Notes: generated by a model not told the origin, from the letters alone. Counted from the stretch's first letter, positions 19,761 to 30,632 are shown. The stretch: 64,000 nt of DNA from Spirochaetia bacterium (GCA_965226055.1 CBDDCA010000006.1:258251-322250); one strand, 5' to 3'. Translations and numbers: made by a program.

Positions 19761-22331
19761 TTATAACTTTATAGTGAGAAAAAAACTAATTTCTAGCTGA
19801 CGTAGCCATTTGCTCGGACTAAAAGTGTATTCAATTTTTCTATTTGAAGGATCCTTATTACTTGAACCTGCTGTTTCTTTATCTTTTATTTCTTTGTCAT
19901 CTATTTGAAACCAAGCAAGAAAATCTCCTAAACTAAATCGGTATCCTAACACAACATTTTTATTATCAAGGAATTTGCCCGAGAAGGCAGGGACTAAACT
20001 CCATATTGGAGCATAACTACGTGCAGAATTGATCTCTGTTGTATCAAATCCTGTCCGAGGGTACACTGTAAGAGGAAACTCTGGTGATGGATGTTTTTCA
20101 TATACAGTGGGAGTAAATGGAGTATCTATAGTGTATACATTGGTGAGAGAAAAATTAAACGCGGGGTTTACTTTGTACAAATAGCTTAATTTAATGGTGT
20201 GCCGATAATCATTAGAGGCAGGAAGCCATATATCATCCTTTGTCTTAAAATATACAAACCCCAATGTGTATGAAATATCTAATATATGAAAATCGGTGGT
20301 ATACTGATAACGAAATGTTGCTCCTGTACCAAATCCATGTTTTACAGGTAAATACGAAAAGCCTCTTATGTTTGAGTTTGCATAGTCAGGATCTGAAAAA
20401 TCGGGAACGACATTATATTTGTATTGACTAAATATACCTTCAAAACCATAATACCATCCAAAGTAGGGAGATACAGAGAGCTGATGATCGCCAAGCTGTA
20501 TAAGATATTTCGCAAAAGACATTGTTCCATAGCTTGGATTGGTAAATGTTGTTTCATCGTACTGGTACTTAATAGTTTTTTCTAAAATTTTTCTATTGAC
20601 ATATTGTAATTCTTCTAAAAATGCAGGACTCCATCCTGTAAACAGGGAGAGTACATGTATATCGCTAAATGTTAGTGCATAGTCTGCTCGTACAGAAGGA
20701 TACACTTTGCTAGGGTCTTGTGCTATCCAAGATATGCCAGGACTTACAGAAAATGACATTTCTCCTCTATCGTATAGTTCCTCATAATCGTATTGGAAAA
20801 ATGCATAGGCTTTAAGATAGTCTTCGTTAATGGTGTACTTTGGCAGAGCAGCTTCTTTGTCTGTTTTATTCTCAGAATCGTTTGGATCTATATAATAAAA
20901 TATATCTTCGTAATTTGATCTTAAGGTAACATAGTCCACTATTGATCCTATGCTCATAACAACATTATCAAAAAACGACTGTGAATAGATATTTTTTATT
21001 CCTGTATTCCATACATTTGAATTTCCTTTATAGTAATATCCTGTATTATACAGTTCTTGATCGAGTTCTATAATGTTTCTACGCGTTTCTCCTATATTTT
21101 TTCTTCTAAATTCTGAATTAACATTTGCTACATAATAATAACTATAGATATCAAGCTCATTAAATGCACTTGCTCCAATTAATTTTGACCATTGTAGTCC
21201 TCCTCCAACAAAATAAGGGAAATTTTTAGATTCTAAAGTTACATCTTCATTTGAGGCACTTACATCAATAGTATCATAATACGCAAGCGTTAATAGTTTT
21301 ATTCTGTCTGCCCCTTTTGTGTATTCTAATGATAAAAAGAGATCTCCATATAAATAGCGCTCTATGTTTGTTTGTGTTTCTCCTGCAGATTCCGCAATTA
21401 ATTGTATAAGAGGAAACAGCGTATATTGAGAAATAGACTGCTTTGCCATAGTAAATAATGTTGTATGTTCATTTAAGTTAGTACGATAACTCAAAAAAGG
21501 ATCAGTAATGCCTACCCCTATATCTAATTGATGAGATGTTACTGTTTCGGGATACACAACAGTGGTTCCTCCAAGTGATTGTCCGTACCGTCCTGGAGGG
21601 GGACCTTTTAGTGTTTTTACTGAGCTAATTGATTCTTTTGAGAGTATTGGCTTTGTATTATCTGATAAATGAGTGTTTGAAGGAATGGGCAAAAAATCAA
21701 TATATGCTTGATTCCATGCAGAGTCTCCTCCAAATACCGAGAATAAAGAACCATAAGAAAAAAAGGTGCCATTTTGTGGATCAATTAAAAAAGGAGAAGT
21801 AGCATTTTCTTTTTCATTTATAAATACCCCTGCTTCTGTAGTGATAATATTAAATGGATCATTGTCTACTACAGGGAGATTGTCTATAAATTCAGCGTCA
21901 TACTCCTCTTTGTTCGGTTCAATTTGTATCTTTCTTTCTGCGGTAACAATAATCTCTTGTTCAAATTCTTCACTTATATCATCTAGTACAAATAGATACG
22001 GATCACGCTCCGAAGAAGAGACTGTTCCTATTTCAATGGTATAATCAAATTCTTTTTCCTCTATTGTGATGATCTTTACTGTATAGATTCCTGCATCAAT
22101 ATCTTTGAATACAAAGTTGCCTTCTGTATCACTCACTTCAATAGCGTCCAGTTCTATAATAATGATCGTTACATCAGAGAGAGATGCGTCATTTGATGAT
22201 GTACTGGAAACTACTTTTCCATAAAAATCTATTGCAAATACTGGCACACAAAGAAACAGAAACAAAATAGACACTATATACGGTTTCATAAAAATACCCC
22301 TTAGTATTATATATACTATATCATAATACAC
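19761..22331 (-). CDS. outer-membrane beta-barrel protein with an N-terminal carboxypeptidase-regulatory-like domain (TonB-dependent-receptor-like)
   Basis: 856 aa. The likely true start is Met15 (MKPYIVSILFLFLCVPVFA, ATG at 22289). GKVVSS...VSDTEGNFVFKDIDAGIYTVKI is a CarboxypepD_reg-type fold. EIIVTAERK and TLKGPPPGRYGQSLGG are plug-like. The rest is long, aromatic-rich and looks like beta strands. Confidence 0.55.
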   Translation of the reverse strand: MYYDIVYIILRGIFMKPYIVSILFLFLCVPVFAIDFYGKVVSSTSSNDASLSDVTIIIIELDAIEVSDTEGNFVFKDIDAGIYTVKIITIEEKEFDYTIEIGTVSSSERDPYLFVLDDISEEFEQEIIVTAERKIQIEPNKEEYDAEFIDNLPVVDNDPFNIITTEAGVFINEKENATSPFLIDPQNGTFFSYGSLFSVFGGDSAWNQAYIDFLPIPSNTHLSDNTKPILSKESISSVKTLKGPPPGRYGQSLGGTTVVYPETVTSHQLDIGVGITDPFLSYRTNLNEHTTLFTMAKQSISQYTLFPLIQLIAESAGETQTNIERYLYGDLFLSLEYTKGADRIKLLTLAYYDTIDVSASNEDVTLESKNFPYFVGGGLQWSKLIGASAFNELDIYSYYYVANVNSEFRRKNIGETRRNIIELDQELYNTGYYYKGNSNVWNTGIKNIYSQSFFDNVVMSIGSIVDYVTLRSNYEDIFYYIDPNDSENKTDKEAALPKYTINEDYLKAYAFFQYDYEELYDRGEMSFSVSPGISWIAQDPSKVYPSVRADYALTFSDIHVLSLFTGWSPAFLEELQYVNRKILEKTIKYQYDETTFTNPSYGTMSFAKYLIQLGDHQLSVSPYFGWYYGFEGIFSQYKYNVVPDFSDPDYANSNIRGFSYLPVKHGFGTGATFRYQYTTDFHILDISYTLGFVYFKTKDDIWLPASNDYRHTIKLSYLYKVNPAFNFSLTNVYTIDTPFTPTVYEKHPSPEFPLTVYPRTGFDTTEINSARSYAPIWSLVPAFSGKFLDNKNVVLGYRFSLGDFLAWFQIDDKEIKDKETAGSSNKDPSNRKIEYTFSPSKWLRQLEISFFLTIKL

Positions 22332-22364
22332 TATATCATATTTATTTCATTTCCTATTTTATAT

Positions 22365-23216
22365 CTACTTAATTGCTCCGCCTATCATGCCTCTGATGAT
22401 ATATCTTTGTGCAAAAATAAATAAAATAACAATGGGGATAAGTGATAGTAATGCCGCAGTCAAAATGAGTTCCCATTGTTTGACATAGGCTCCTACAAAA
22501 TTAGCAACAGCAAGAGGAATTGTTTGTATTTGATTTCCTTTTCCTAGTACTAGAATAGGTAATAAAAAGTCATTCCATATCCATATACCATTTAATATCA
22601 ATACGGTAACATATACAGGTTTGAGAATAGGAAACACAATATAGAAAAAAGTTTGAAATGGATTGCATCCATCAACCCGTGCAGCGTCTTCTAATTCTAG
22701 TGGTATCGCTTTAATAAATCCATGAAATAAAAATATAGAAAGTGGTGCACCAAATCCAACATATGCAAATATAATGCCAGTATAAGAACGTAGCATCTTA
22801 ATGCCAACAGTAGATCCAAATATTCTAAACCATGATATTAAGGGTAACATCACTACTTGAAAAGGAATGACCATTGCACCAACAAAAATCAAAAATAATA
22901 CTGCAGATATTTTGTTCTTTGTGCGTACTAGTACCCATGCAGCCATAGAAGAACTGGTGGTTATCAATAACAGAGATACTGTGGTAATAATAGAAGAGCT
23001 TATAAAAGAAGATATATACCGTATATTTTTATCACTAAGAATAAAGGCAATATTATCAAAAATATTTGACCAATTTTCAGGAAATGATAAGGGGTTGTTT
23101 GTAATTTGAAAAGAAGATTTCGCTGAATTTATTATTACTAAGCCAAGAGGCAAGAAAACAGCAATACATAGCAGTAGGGTAATAGATTCTAATATACGTA
23201 ATATTACTTTATTCAT
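22365..23216 (-). CDS. carbohydrate ABC transporter permease (MalG-type)
   Basis: 283 aa with six predicted TM segments. It carries the EAA-type loop LELEDAARVDGCNPFQTFFYIVFPILKP. Confidence 0.9.
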   Translation of the reverse strand: MNKVILRILESITLLLCIAVFLPLGLVIINSAKSSFQITNNPLSFPENWSNIFDNIAFILSDKNIRYISSFISSSIITTVSLLLITTSSSMAAWVLVRTKNKISAVLFLIFVGAMVIPFQVVMLPLISWFRIFGSTVGIKMLRSYTGIIFAYVGFGAPLSIFLFHGFIKAIPLELEDAARVDGCNPFQTFFYIVFPILKPVYVTVLILNGIWIWNDFLLPILVLGKGNQIQTIPLAVANFVGAYVKQWELILTAALLSLIPIVILFIFAQRYIIRGMIGGAIK

Positions 23217-24109
23217 TACATTTCTACCTCACGTTTTTTATTAAAATATACTTGAACAAGCGATATTACAAGTAATGCTACAAAAAATAGTACTGATTTA
23301 GATTGAGCTACTGCCATTTGACTTACTCCTTTTACTACTTTCTCTGATTCTTTTATGATATGCATTGATATTAGCTCAGTGCCTTGCATGGCTCTTCCCA
23401 TAAACATGGTGGAAGGCCCTCCGTAAGTGAGGGAATAGTTTACATCGTATTGCTTAAATGAATACAGGAGAGAGATAAATGTACATACTGTAAATGCAGG
23501 GGCTATCATAGGAATAGTAATTTTTCGAAATCTATCCCATGCACTTGCTCCATCAATCATGGCAGCTTCAAATAATGATTCAGGAATGCTCTGTAAGCCC
23601 GTGATATAAATTATCATAAGGTATCCTGCATATTGCCATACTCCCACTATTACCAGTGCTACTGTTGCATAATTTCTATCGGATAACATGAGAAAATCGG
23701 TATTAAAAAAACTAGGAAAAAATCTACTAAAAATAAATTGCCAAATATATCCTAGTATCAATCCTCCTATTAAATTAGGAAGAAAAAATCCTGCTCGATA
23801 AAAATTTCTAAATTTTAGTTTCTGTGTTACCAATAGTGCCAGTGATAAGGCACATACATTCATAAACACAATGTTAAGCGTACTGTATACTACAGTAATA
23901 ATAATTGAGTAAAGAAATCGCGGATCCTCAGAAAACATTTTTCGATAATTTTCAAAGCCAAGAAATTCTTTTACACGAATGCCGTTCCAATCAGTAAACG
24001 AATAAAAGACTCCCATAAAAAATGGGATGATCATAACCATAATAAATGCAATAAGAGCAGGGGCTAAAAATATCCAAAAATACATTGTATCGTTTTTTCT
24101 TCCTCTCAT
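23216..24109 (-). CDS. carbohydrate ABC transporter permease (MalF-type)
   Basis: 297 aa. It carries the EAA loop SLFEAAMIDGASAWDRFRKITIPMIAP. There is a 1-nt overlap with the downstream permease. Confidence 0.9.
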   Translation of the reverse strand: MRGRKNDTMYFWIFLAPALIAFIMVMIIPFFMGVFYSFTDWNGIRVKEFLGFENYRKMFSEDPRFLYSIIITVVYSTLNIVFMNVCALSLALLVTQKLKFRNFYRAGFFLPNLIGGLILGYIWQFIFSRFFPSFFNTDFLMLSDRNYATVALVIVGVWQYAGYLMIIYITGLQSIPESLFEAAMIDGASAWDRFRKITIPMIAPAFTVCTFISLLYSFKQYDVNYSLTYGGPSTMFMGRAMQGTELISMHIIKESEKVVKGVSQMAVAQSKSVLFFVALLVISLVQVYFNKKREVEM

Positions 24110-24130
24110 AGTTTTTTCTCCTCACATATA

Positions 24131-25501
24131 TTATTGTAAATATTCTAAATACTCTTTTTGTACTTCTACCATCACCTCTACATATTCAGAGATATTTCTT
24201 GCTACATCTACTACTGGGTCTACAAGTAGTGCTTGTACTACTGATTGTTTTGATTTACTCATTATTGCATGAGCAGTCATGTCATGAATACCCACTTGAT
24301 TACGCAGTATTCCAGCATACGCAGGGGGTAACGGGGGGAGTGCTATGCCTTGTACTCCATTTTTATTGATACGAGCAGGAACTTCTACTGCAATACATTC
24401 TGGTAACTCGCTTATATATTTTCCTCCATTACCGTCACTATTAGGAATATTCACTGCTGCTTCTATGTAATCTACATCCTGTATGATACCATCGATAATA
24501 ATAGCAATGCGTTCACTTATACGTTTCTCAATTTTATGTTTCTTCTGTAACATATAGCGCTGATAGTACCGATAAAAATCAAGTATTCCACGATGATCGG
24601 CTACATCGTAGGCCCATCCAAGATATTCACCAAAATGACTATCGGAAGTAATGGGCAAAAGCCCAAACTGTTCAAGAATAAACAAAAAAAGCCTGCGTTC
24701 TCCCCAAAAACGTGATGCAGATATATCTGCCATTTCAGTAGCTCCTTCTGTTTCAATAAATTCACCATGTTCCATAAGGTGCATCATATAATCACTATAG
24801 GTAGGGACTGTCTTAAAAAACTCTTTTGCTTTTGCACGAATATCAGGATATACATCTTTTTTACTGTCTTTATAGTGTGCTTCCAGTAACACACTAAAGT
24901 GATTAAGTCCACCAGCTACAAGTTCTAAATTATCAAATGATGTATGAAGCATACTAGGAAGATACCGCTCTAAAGACGCTATTTCATGACACAGTCCAAT
25001 AAATTTTATATCAGGAAATTTTTTATGTACAGTGGTACATATTCTGCTCATAGGATTGCTATAATTAAACACAAACGCATCTGGACAAATACGCTGTATG
25101 TCTTCACACATAGCAAGTATAGGAGGAACAATACGCAAAGAGTGAAACAATCCTCCTGGTCCACCATTTTCTCCATATATTTGACGAATTCCATATTGTT
25201 GGGCAATAGTTCTATCTTGATCCCATAATACAAAACGGTCTCCTATTTCTATGGAAATAATAACAAAATCAGCACCTTGTAATGCTTCCTCTCTATTGGT
25301 AGTTGCTTTAATGGTGAACTGAAGCGAAGTATCTTGTTCAAGAAATGCAAGGGTATGATCGTGCACTTCTTTCAATTTCTTTGCGTTAATATCAAGGAGT
25401 GTAATAGTACTGCCTTGTAGAGAGGGAGTACAAAAAATATCTCCTAAAGTTCCATATCCAAATTGATGACTTCCTGCACCGATAAGCACTATATTAGCCA
25501 T
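24131..25501 (-). CDS. glycoside hydrolase family 4 (NAD/Mn-dependent alpha-glucosidase or alpha-galactosidase)
   Basis: 456 aa. The N-terminal Rossmann motif is IVLIGAGSHQFG. NYSNPM and GLCHE are GH4 hallmarks. Confidence 0.85.
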   Translation of the reverse strand: MANIVLIGAGSHQFGYGTLGDIFCTPSLQGSTITLLDINAKKLKEVHDHTLAFLEQDTSLQFTIKATTNREEALQGADFVIISIEIGDRFVLWDQDRTIAQQYGIRQIYGENGGPGGLFHSLRIVPPILAMCEDIQRICPDAFVFNYSNPMSRICTTVHKKFPDIKFIGLCHEIASLERYLPSMLHTSFDNLELVAGGLNHFSVLLEAHYKDSKKDVYPDIRAKAKEFFKTVPTYSDYMMHLMEHGEFIETEGATEMADISASRFWGERRLFLFILEQFGLLPITSDSHFGEYLGWAYDVADHRGILDFYRYYQRYMLQKKHKIEKRISERIAIIIDGIIQDVDYIEAAVNIPNSDGNGGKYISELPECIAVEVPARINKNGVQGIALPPLPPAYAGILRNQVGIHDMTAHAIMSKSKQSVVQALLVDPVVDVARNISEYVEVMVEVQKEYLEYLQ

Positions 25502-25546
25502 AGTATATTGTTCCTTTCTTTTTATTTTTTCTTATTATATATATTG

Positions 25547-26797
25547 TTACTGTAATGTAGCAAAAGTTTCCGTAAGCTTTACAACAAACTGATCTTCGGT
25601 CAATTCTTTTTTTGCAAACTGTTCAAACAATGGGCCAAGTACATTGTCTCTAAAATCTCCGGGTAAATAGTATTGATTCCATGCATATGTTTTTCCTTCA
25701 TTCACCCATTCCAGTAAAGATGCAGATAATGGCGCTTTTGGAGTAAGACTAACATTAGTAAAGGCAGGTATAGCTTGAATTTTATTTACCATATAATCAT
25801 GGCCCTGTGGTGTTTCAGCCATAAATCGTAAGAACGCTTTTGCTTTACTTGCATTCCCGTACTTGTTGACTACATACCATGTTGGAGGATTCACAAACAC
25901 TCCATCTGTATCTTCAAACGAAGAACCATGTGGAGCATATGCACGAGGAAATGTCACGTTTGCATTTGCTAAGTTTGGTTCAATCCAATTTCCTTGATGA
26001 ATAAATGCTGCTTTCTGAGTAGCAAAGGCATTGACTTGTGCATCATAGTCTCCTGCCACTAGCACTCGTTGATCAGAGTAATCAAATAATAGCTTTACCC
26101 ACATTACATATTCTCTTAATCGTTCTTTTTCTACTTTTCCTTCAAGTGCTTTCTCTACAACAGAAAGATCATTTCTTGCTAAGCCATTCGAAAGGTACGA
26201 GTTTATATTATGATGAGATGTTACCCAATGCATACCAGAACCTGCAGTCATAGATACTACACTGTCAAGACCTAATACTTCTTTCATATCATCAAGCTCT
26301 TCAAACGCAGCCTTGTATGCATGATAATTAGTGAGTAATGCAGGATCAATGCCTGCCATATCAAGTATTTGTGCGTTATACCCCATGCCCCATCCCTCAA
26401 TGGCTATGGGAAAACCAACAATTTTATCATCAACTTCAAATCCTACATCAGTGTATTGAGTCCACGATTCATCAGAAAGATCATCTATGTATTCTGACCA
26501 TGTTTGGTATCCTTCTTTTCCATCAATGACAAATATATCTGGGGCTTCGCCTGCATTGATATCGGCTCGCAACTGAGTAGTGAGACTACAAGAATCACCT
26601 CCACATGTTTTGACCACTACTTTCATTCCTGTAGATTGCCTAAACACTTCAGCAAACTCTTTGAGCTGAGCATCAATTTCAACTTTGTTATGCATAATTA
26701 TAATAGGACGATCTTTAGTATCTTCATTTGATCCTCCTGCCCACGCTACAGTACTGATGTATACTATCAGTAAAAAATATATACCTATTTTCTTCAT
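25547..26797 (-). CDS. sugar ABC transporter extracellular solute-binding protein (family 1)
   Basis: 416 aa with a signal peptide. It is the first gene of the operon that also holds the GH4 gene and two permeases. No ATPase is encoded in the operon. Confidence 0.8.
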   Translation of the reverse strand: MKKIGIYFLLIVYISTVAWAGGSNEDTKDRPIIIMHNKVEIDAQLKEFAEVFRQSTGMKVVVKTCGGDSCSLTTQLRADINAGEAPDIFVIDGKEGYQTWSEYIDDLSDESWTQYTDVGFEVDDKIVGFPIAIEGWGMGYNAQILDMAGIDPALLTNYHAYKAAFEELDDMKEVLGLDSVVSMTAGSGMHWVTSHHNINSYLSNGLARNDLSVVEKALEGKVEKERLREYVMWVKLLFDYSDQRVLVAGDYDAQVNAFATQKAAFIHQGNWIEPNLANANVTFPRAYAPHGSSFEDTDGVFVNPPTWYVVNKYGNASKAKAFLRFMAETPQGHDYMVNKIQAIPAFTNVSLTPKAPLSASLLEWVNEGKTYAWNQYYLPGDFRDNVLGPLFEQFAKKELTEDQFVVKLTETFATLQ

Positions 26798-26866
26798 AAA
26801 TTACTCCTTTAATTATTATTAGTATATCATATATGTACATATTATATTTTTATAACAAGAAAATAT

Positions 26867-27266
26867 CACGAGTTCAAGGATTAAATGCGACAAAGGAGCA
26901 AGAAACATAAAACAAGCATATTTTTTATTAGCTACTACATATAGTGTATATTTAGTATATAATTTTCAATTTAAGCACTAGAGAAATTTGCTTTATTTTT
27001 ATATTAATGCTATACTAAATGCAGAATAATAAGAGAACAATAACATTATGAGTGTACAAGCAAAAACTGATACAAAAGAAACTACTTTAATTTTAAATAA
27101 TACCGATAAGGAAAATTTGGAAAGATGTTTCTCGGAATGGAAATTCAAAGATTATCAAAGCCTTATGAGGTTCGTATCATCTATTTTAATTGAGAGCGAA
27201 GATAAAATAACAATAGGCATTAAGAAAAGTGGAGTGCTAAAAGAATTTTCACCAGCAGATCATTTA
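26867..27266 (+). repeat. about 400-bp dispersed repeat (copy 1), made of an IS30 IRL-like sequence, an AT-rich leader and most of a 77-aa ORF; it matches 54284..54692
   Basis: It starts with cacgagttcaaggattaaatgcgacaaaggagcaa. The stretch gcatatttttt attagctactacatatagtgtatatttagtatataattttcaatttaagcactagagaaatttgctttatttttatattaatg.tatactaaatgcagaataataagagaacaataacattatgagtgtacaag is near-identical in both copies, with only a handful of substitutions and one about 9-bp indel by eye. Confidence 0.9.
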
Positions 27267-27281
27267 CTAAAAGATTCATAA
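27048..27281 (+). CDS. small hypothetical protein (77 aa), duplicated at 54474
   Basis: The ORF is conserved in two copies with almost no substitutions. I recognise no motif. Confidence 0.6.
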   Translation: MSVQAKTDTKETTLILNNTDKENLERCFSEWKFKDYQSLMRFVSSILIESEDKITIGIKKSGVLKEFSPADHLLKDS

Positions 27282-27626
27282 ATGGCAGATAATCAAAACA
27301 ATAAACCTAATGCTGAGTATAGCATTGAACATCAATTAAAGGAGTTAAAGCAAGATATAATTACCCCTCATAAATTTGCAAAGATATTTTCTGATGCTAT
27401 GCGTGAATCAAAAGGTTTAGATGAAAGTATACAAAAATGCTTAAAAGAGCTTATAGCTAAAGATGATGATATTAAAAAGGAAATTTTTGAGAGAATAAAA
27501 GATTACATCAAAGAAGAAAGAAAGTTATTTAATACATCAGTATGGAAAACATCTAAAGACATTATTCTTTTAATTGTAGGTGCTGGAATATCGTTTTTAT
27601 TTACATGGCTAGCAAAGTTTCTTTAA
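27282..27626 (+). CDS. small tail-anchored membrane protein (114 aa), hypothetical
   Basis: Its ATG abuts the stop of the 77-aa ORF (taaatg). The body is a charged helix and the C-terminal TM segment is IILLIVGAGISFLFTWLAKFL. An N-terminally similar fragment lies at 54700. Confidence 0.6.
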   Translation: MADNQNNKPNAEYSIEHQLKELKQDIITPHKFAKIFSDAMRESKGLDESIQKCLKELIAKDDDIKKEIFERIKDYIKEERKLFNTSVWKTSKDIILLIVGAGISFLFTWLAKFL

Positions 27627-27673
27627 GTAGCTAAAAAGAAGCTATACATTTGATACCGCACTTGATACCACGA

Positions 27674-28360
27674 CTACTCTCTCTGTAAGTGCTCTATAAT
27701 CATTTCTTTTGCTTCTGAAATCTCTAATAACGATGTTATAAAATAGTGCATATTCTCTTTTTGATGGAATTTTCTCTCATTGACTATCTCATCATAGTTA
27801 ATACACAGTAAACTACACAGCTCTTCTCCTGTATATGCCTCATACTCATTTATCTTATTCTTGAAGCCTGTCACTATCTGTTTTTTGTCTGTTACATTAA
27901 AAGAACACATCACAGGAGTAACGGTAAACTGTATTTCTCGTGATATAAAATTAATATATTCGTGTAAATGCCGTCTCTCTCCCGCTGATTTTTTAGTATC
28001 AAATTGATCTCCATCTTTTACTTCTATGACATAACAATTCTGCACATTCTGTTTTGTTTTTTGGAATGCTACAAAATCAGGCTCAAAAGATTTCTGAGCT
28101 ATTAAGGATTTTTTTATTTGTTGTTTGTTCGCTACCCATATTCCTTCTGGATAGGAATCTGACTTTAGATAAGAGTCAATATCTGTTATTTGATTACAAC
28201 GCTCCCATATAATCTTTTCTAGTTCATTCCCTGCTGATATTACTGTAGCTTGTAACTTACTTATCAAGTTACCTAGCTTTTCATTCCCTACTATTCTTGT
28301 ATAACCACTTGGAGACTGTTTCGTATCTCTTCCTTTTGCTTCACTGAGAAGAGCATTCAT
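27674..28360 (-). CDS. putative type II restriction endonuclease (PD-(D/E)xK)
   Basis: 228 aa. EPDFVAF...(16 aa)...YVIEVKDGD fits the PD...(D/E)xK pattern. Its start overlaps the stop of the upstream methylase gene by 4 nt. Confidence 0.6.
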   Translation of the reverse strand: MNALLSEAKGRDTKQSPSGYTRIVGNEKLGNLISKLQATVISAGNELEKIIWERCNQITDIDSYLKSDSYPEGIWVANKQQIKKSLIAQKSFEPDFVAFQKTKQNVQNCYVIEVKDGDQFDTKKSAGERRHLHEYINFISREIQFTVTPVMCSFNVTDKKQIVTGFKNKINEYEAYTGEELCSLLCINYDEIVNERKFHQKENMHYFITSLLEISEAKEMIIEHLQRE

Positions 28361-29070
28361 GTTTCTATTATATCACATCCTAAAAAATTTCTGTTTGATT
28401 TTTTACATGCTTCAAATACAGAAAAACTACCGCTTGCAGGGTCTATTACTATATCATCCTCATTTGTTACTGCTTCAATCAATGCTTTTTGTAGCTCTAT
28501 TGGCTTGTTATGAGCATGATTTCTCTCTACTTTCTCATCCCATACATCTCTTATAGTATGAACAGTCCATACTCCCTTTGCTCTTTTAGGAGCTTTCTGA
28601 ATAACATATACATATTCTGATACTCGCCTTGTTCTATACCCCATCCCTATTCTTTGTTTATTCCATGTTATAAGATCCACTATTTCTAAATGAGTTTCTA
28701 CTAACCACTTACTAATACCATTACACAAAATAAATTTGTCTACCCATAAAAAACAATGCCCCATAGGATGCAATACTCTATCTATCTCTTTTATAAACTT
28801 GTCTATTATTTTATCTGTCATCTGTGGCAAAATAGCTCTCGCTTTTTGCCGCTCCCCTTCATTTCCATATCCTTGCTTATCTAAGATTCCTCTATACTGA
28901 GGATCAAAAAATACTACTGGGAATGTATTACTATCCAACTTAGAAAGAAGATCTAAGCCATCCATCTGCATTTTTGTGTTTAGTGTTAGTCCTTTCGCTA
29001 ATGTTATATCTCCTTGCTTAATATCTCGCTTACTCGAATATACATTATTGGGATTATACTGTGCTTTCAT
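28357..29070 (-). CDS. DNA methyltransferase, beta-class N4/N6 (motif IV before motif I)
   Basis: 237 aa. Motif IV is the variant [31 protein letters not shown] follows. The AdoMet motif is [48 protein letters not shown]. Confidence 0.85.
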   Translation of the reverse strand: MKAQYNPNNVYSSKRDIKQGDITLAKGLTLNTKMQMDGLDLLSKLDSNTFPVVFFDPQYRGILDKQGYGNEGERQKARAILPQMTDKIIDKFIKEIDRVLHPMGHCFLWVDKFILCNGISKWLVETHLEIVDLITWNKQRIGMGYRTRRVSEYVYVIQKAPKRAKGVWTVHTIRDVWDEKVERNHAHNKPIELQKALIEAVTNEDDIVIDPASGSFSVFEACKKSNRNFLGCDIIET

Positions 29071-30632
29071 GATAAGAGAGAATAGTAGCTTTGTAACACT
29101 GGATGAGGATCTCCTTTCAACAAAGTATGTGTTAGTACTTTTCCTAACTGCACCCCTTCTTGATCAAAAGAATTGATGTTCCATAAGAACCCTTGAAACA
29201 TTACTTTATTTTCAAAGTGTGAAAGTAACGCACCAAGTGTGTACGGAGTTGCCATATCAGCATACAATACACTGGAAGGACGATTTCCTATAAACAGCTT
29301 ATGTGCATTATCATTATCCTTTCCCATTGAAAACGCCACTATCTGTGCTGCTAAGTTTGCCAACAGCTTTTGTTGACTTGTAGAGCCTTCATAGGATATA
29401 TCATGTTGCATCTGAGAATGAGTAAACGCTATAAACTGTAATGGTACAATATCAGTTCCCTGATGTAATAGCTGATAAAAACTATGCTGTCCGTTTGTCC
29501 CTGGTTCTCCAAACACTACCGGTCCAGTAGTATAGTCAATACGTTCCCCAAAACGATTTACTTGTTTTCCATTACTCTCCATATCAAGCTGTTGTAAATG
29601 AGCAGGAAAACGAGATAACGCCTGACTATACGGAAGCACTGCAGTGTAAGGATACTTAAGAACATTACGTTCGTACACACCAATAAGAGCATCTATCATT
29701 GCAGGATTTTGCATAACAGGAGCAGTATACGCTATCTTATCACTCTCATGTGTACCACGTAAAAACTCCCGTGTTATATCGCTTCCATAGGCAAGATTTA
29801 AGAGACATACTCCCACCGCACTACTTACCGAATAGCGTCCACCAATATAATCATCAATAAAAAAAGAATCGAGGTAATCTTTTGATTGTGCTAAAGGACT
29901 TGTTTCAGAGGTTACACATACCATATGCTTTTTGGGATGTTTAATACCTGCTTGTTGTAACCATTCTAACGCAAACTGAGCATTGGTAAGCGTTTCTTGT
30001 GTTGTCCCACTCTTTGAAACTAAAATAAACAATGTTGTTTCTGGATTAGCAAACAATAATTGTTCTCCCGTATCATCAGGGTCAACATTACTTATAAACC
30101 CTACTTTTCGTATAGGAATATCTTTTCTTTTTGCGTATACATAGGAACGCAAAGCAAGATATACAGCACGAGGGCCAAGATCTGAACCTCCTATTCCTAT
30201 TTGAATAAAAGTATCAAAAGGTTTTCCTGTTTCTCCTACTATTTCTTGGGCATGTACTTTTTTTGCAAAATTTTCACAAAGGCGTATCTGTTCGGCATAA
30301 AATTCATTATAATTTCTCCCTTCTTTTTGGACTACAGTGTCTAACTGTCCACGAAGAGCATGGTGTAATACCATACGCTGTTCGCCAGTGTTTACTATTT
30401 CCCCATTTACAAGCTGAGAAAACATTTCTTTGAGTTGTTGTTCTTCTGACAGAGCATAGAGTTGCTGAAGTATCTCATCGTTTACTCTTTTTGCAGAAAA
30501 ATTATAGCGGTATCCAGCTCCTGCTACATCATATTGTTGAATACGTTTTGCATCAAATTGTTCATAACTAAACAATGGCATATCACTTAACTTCTTAAAA
30601 TTAGTACAATCATTTAAGTTCTTATTACTCAT
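29067..30632 (-). CDS. pgi: glucose-6-phosphate isomerase
   Basis: 521 aa. Typical PGI blocks are present: [37 protein letters not shown] and [18 protein letters not shown]. Confidence 0.95.
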   Translation of the reverse strand: MSNKNLNDCTNFKKLSDMPLFSYEQFDAKRIQQYDVAGAGYRYNFSAKRVNDEILQQLYALSEEQQLKEMFSQLVNGEIVNTGEQRMVLHHALRGQLDTVVQKEGRNYNEFYAEQIRLCENFAKKVHAQEIVGETGKPFDTFIQIGIGGSDLGPRAVYLALRSYVYAKRKDIPIRKVGFISNVDPDDTGEQLLFANPETTLFILVSKSGTTQETLTNAQFALEWLQQAGIKHPKKHMVCVTSETSPLAQSKDYLDSFFIDDYIGGRYSVSSAVGVCLLNLAYGSDITREFLRGTHESDKIAYTAPVMQNPAMIDALIGVYERNVLKYPYTAVLPYSQALSRFPAHLQQLDMESNGKQVNRFGERIDYTTGPVVFGEPGTNGQHSFYQLLHQGTDIVPLQFIAFTHSQMQHDISYEGSTSQQKLLANLAAQIVAFSMGKDNDNAHKLFIGNRPSSVLYADMATPYTLGALLSHFENKVMFQGFLWNINSFDQEGVQLGKVLTHTLLKGDPHPVLQSYYSLLS

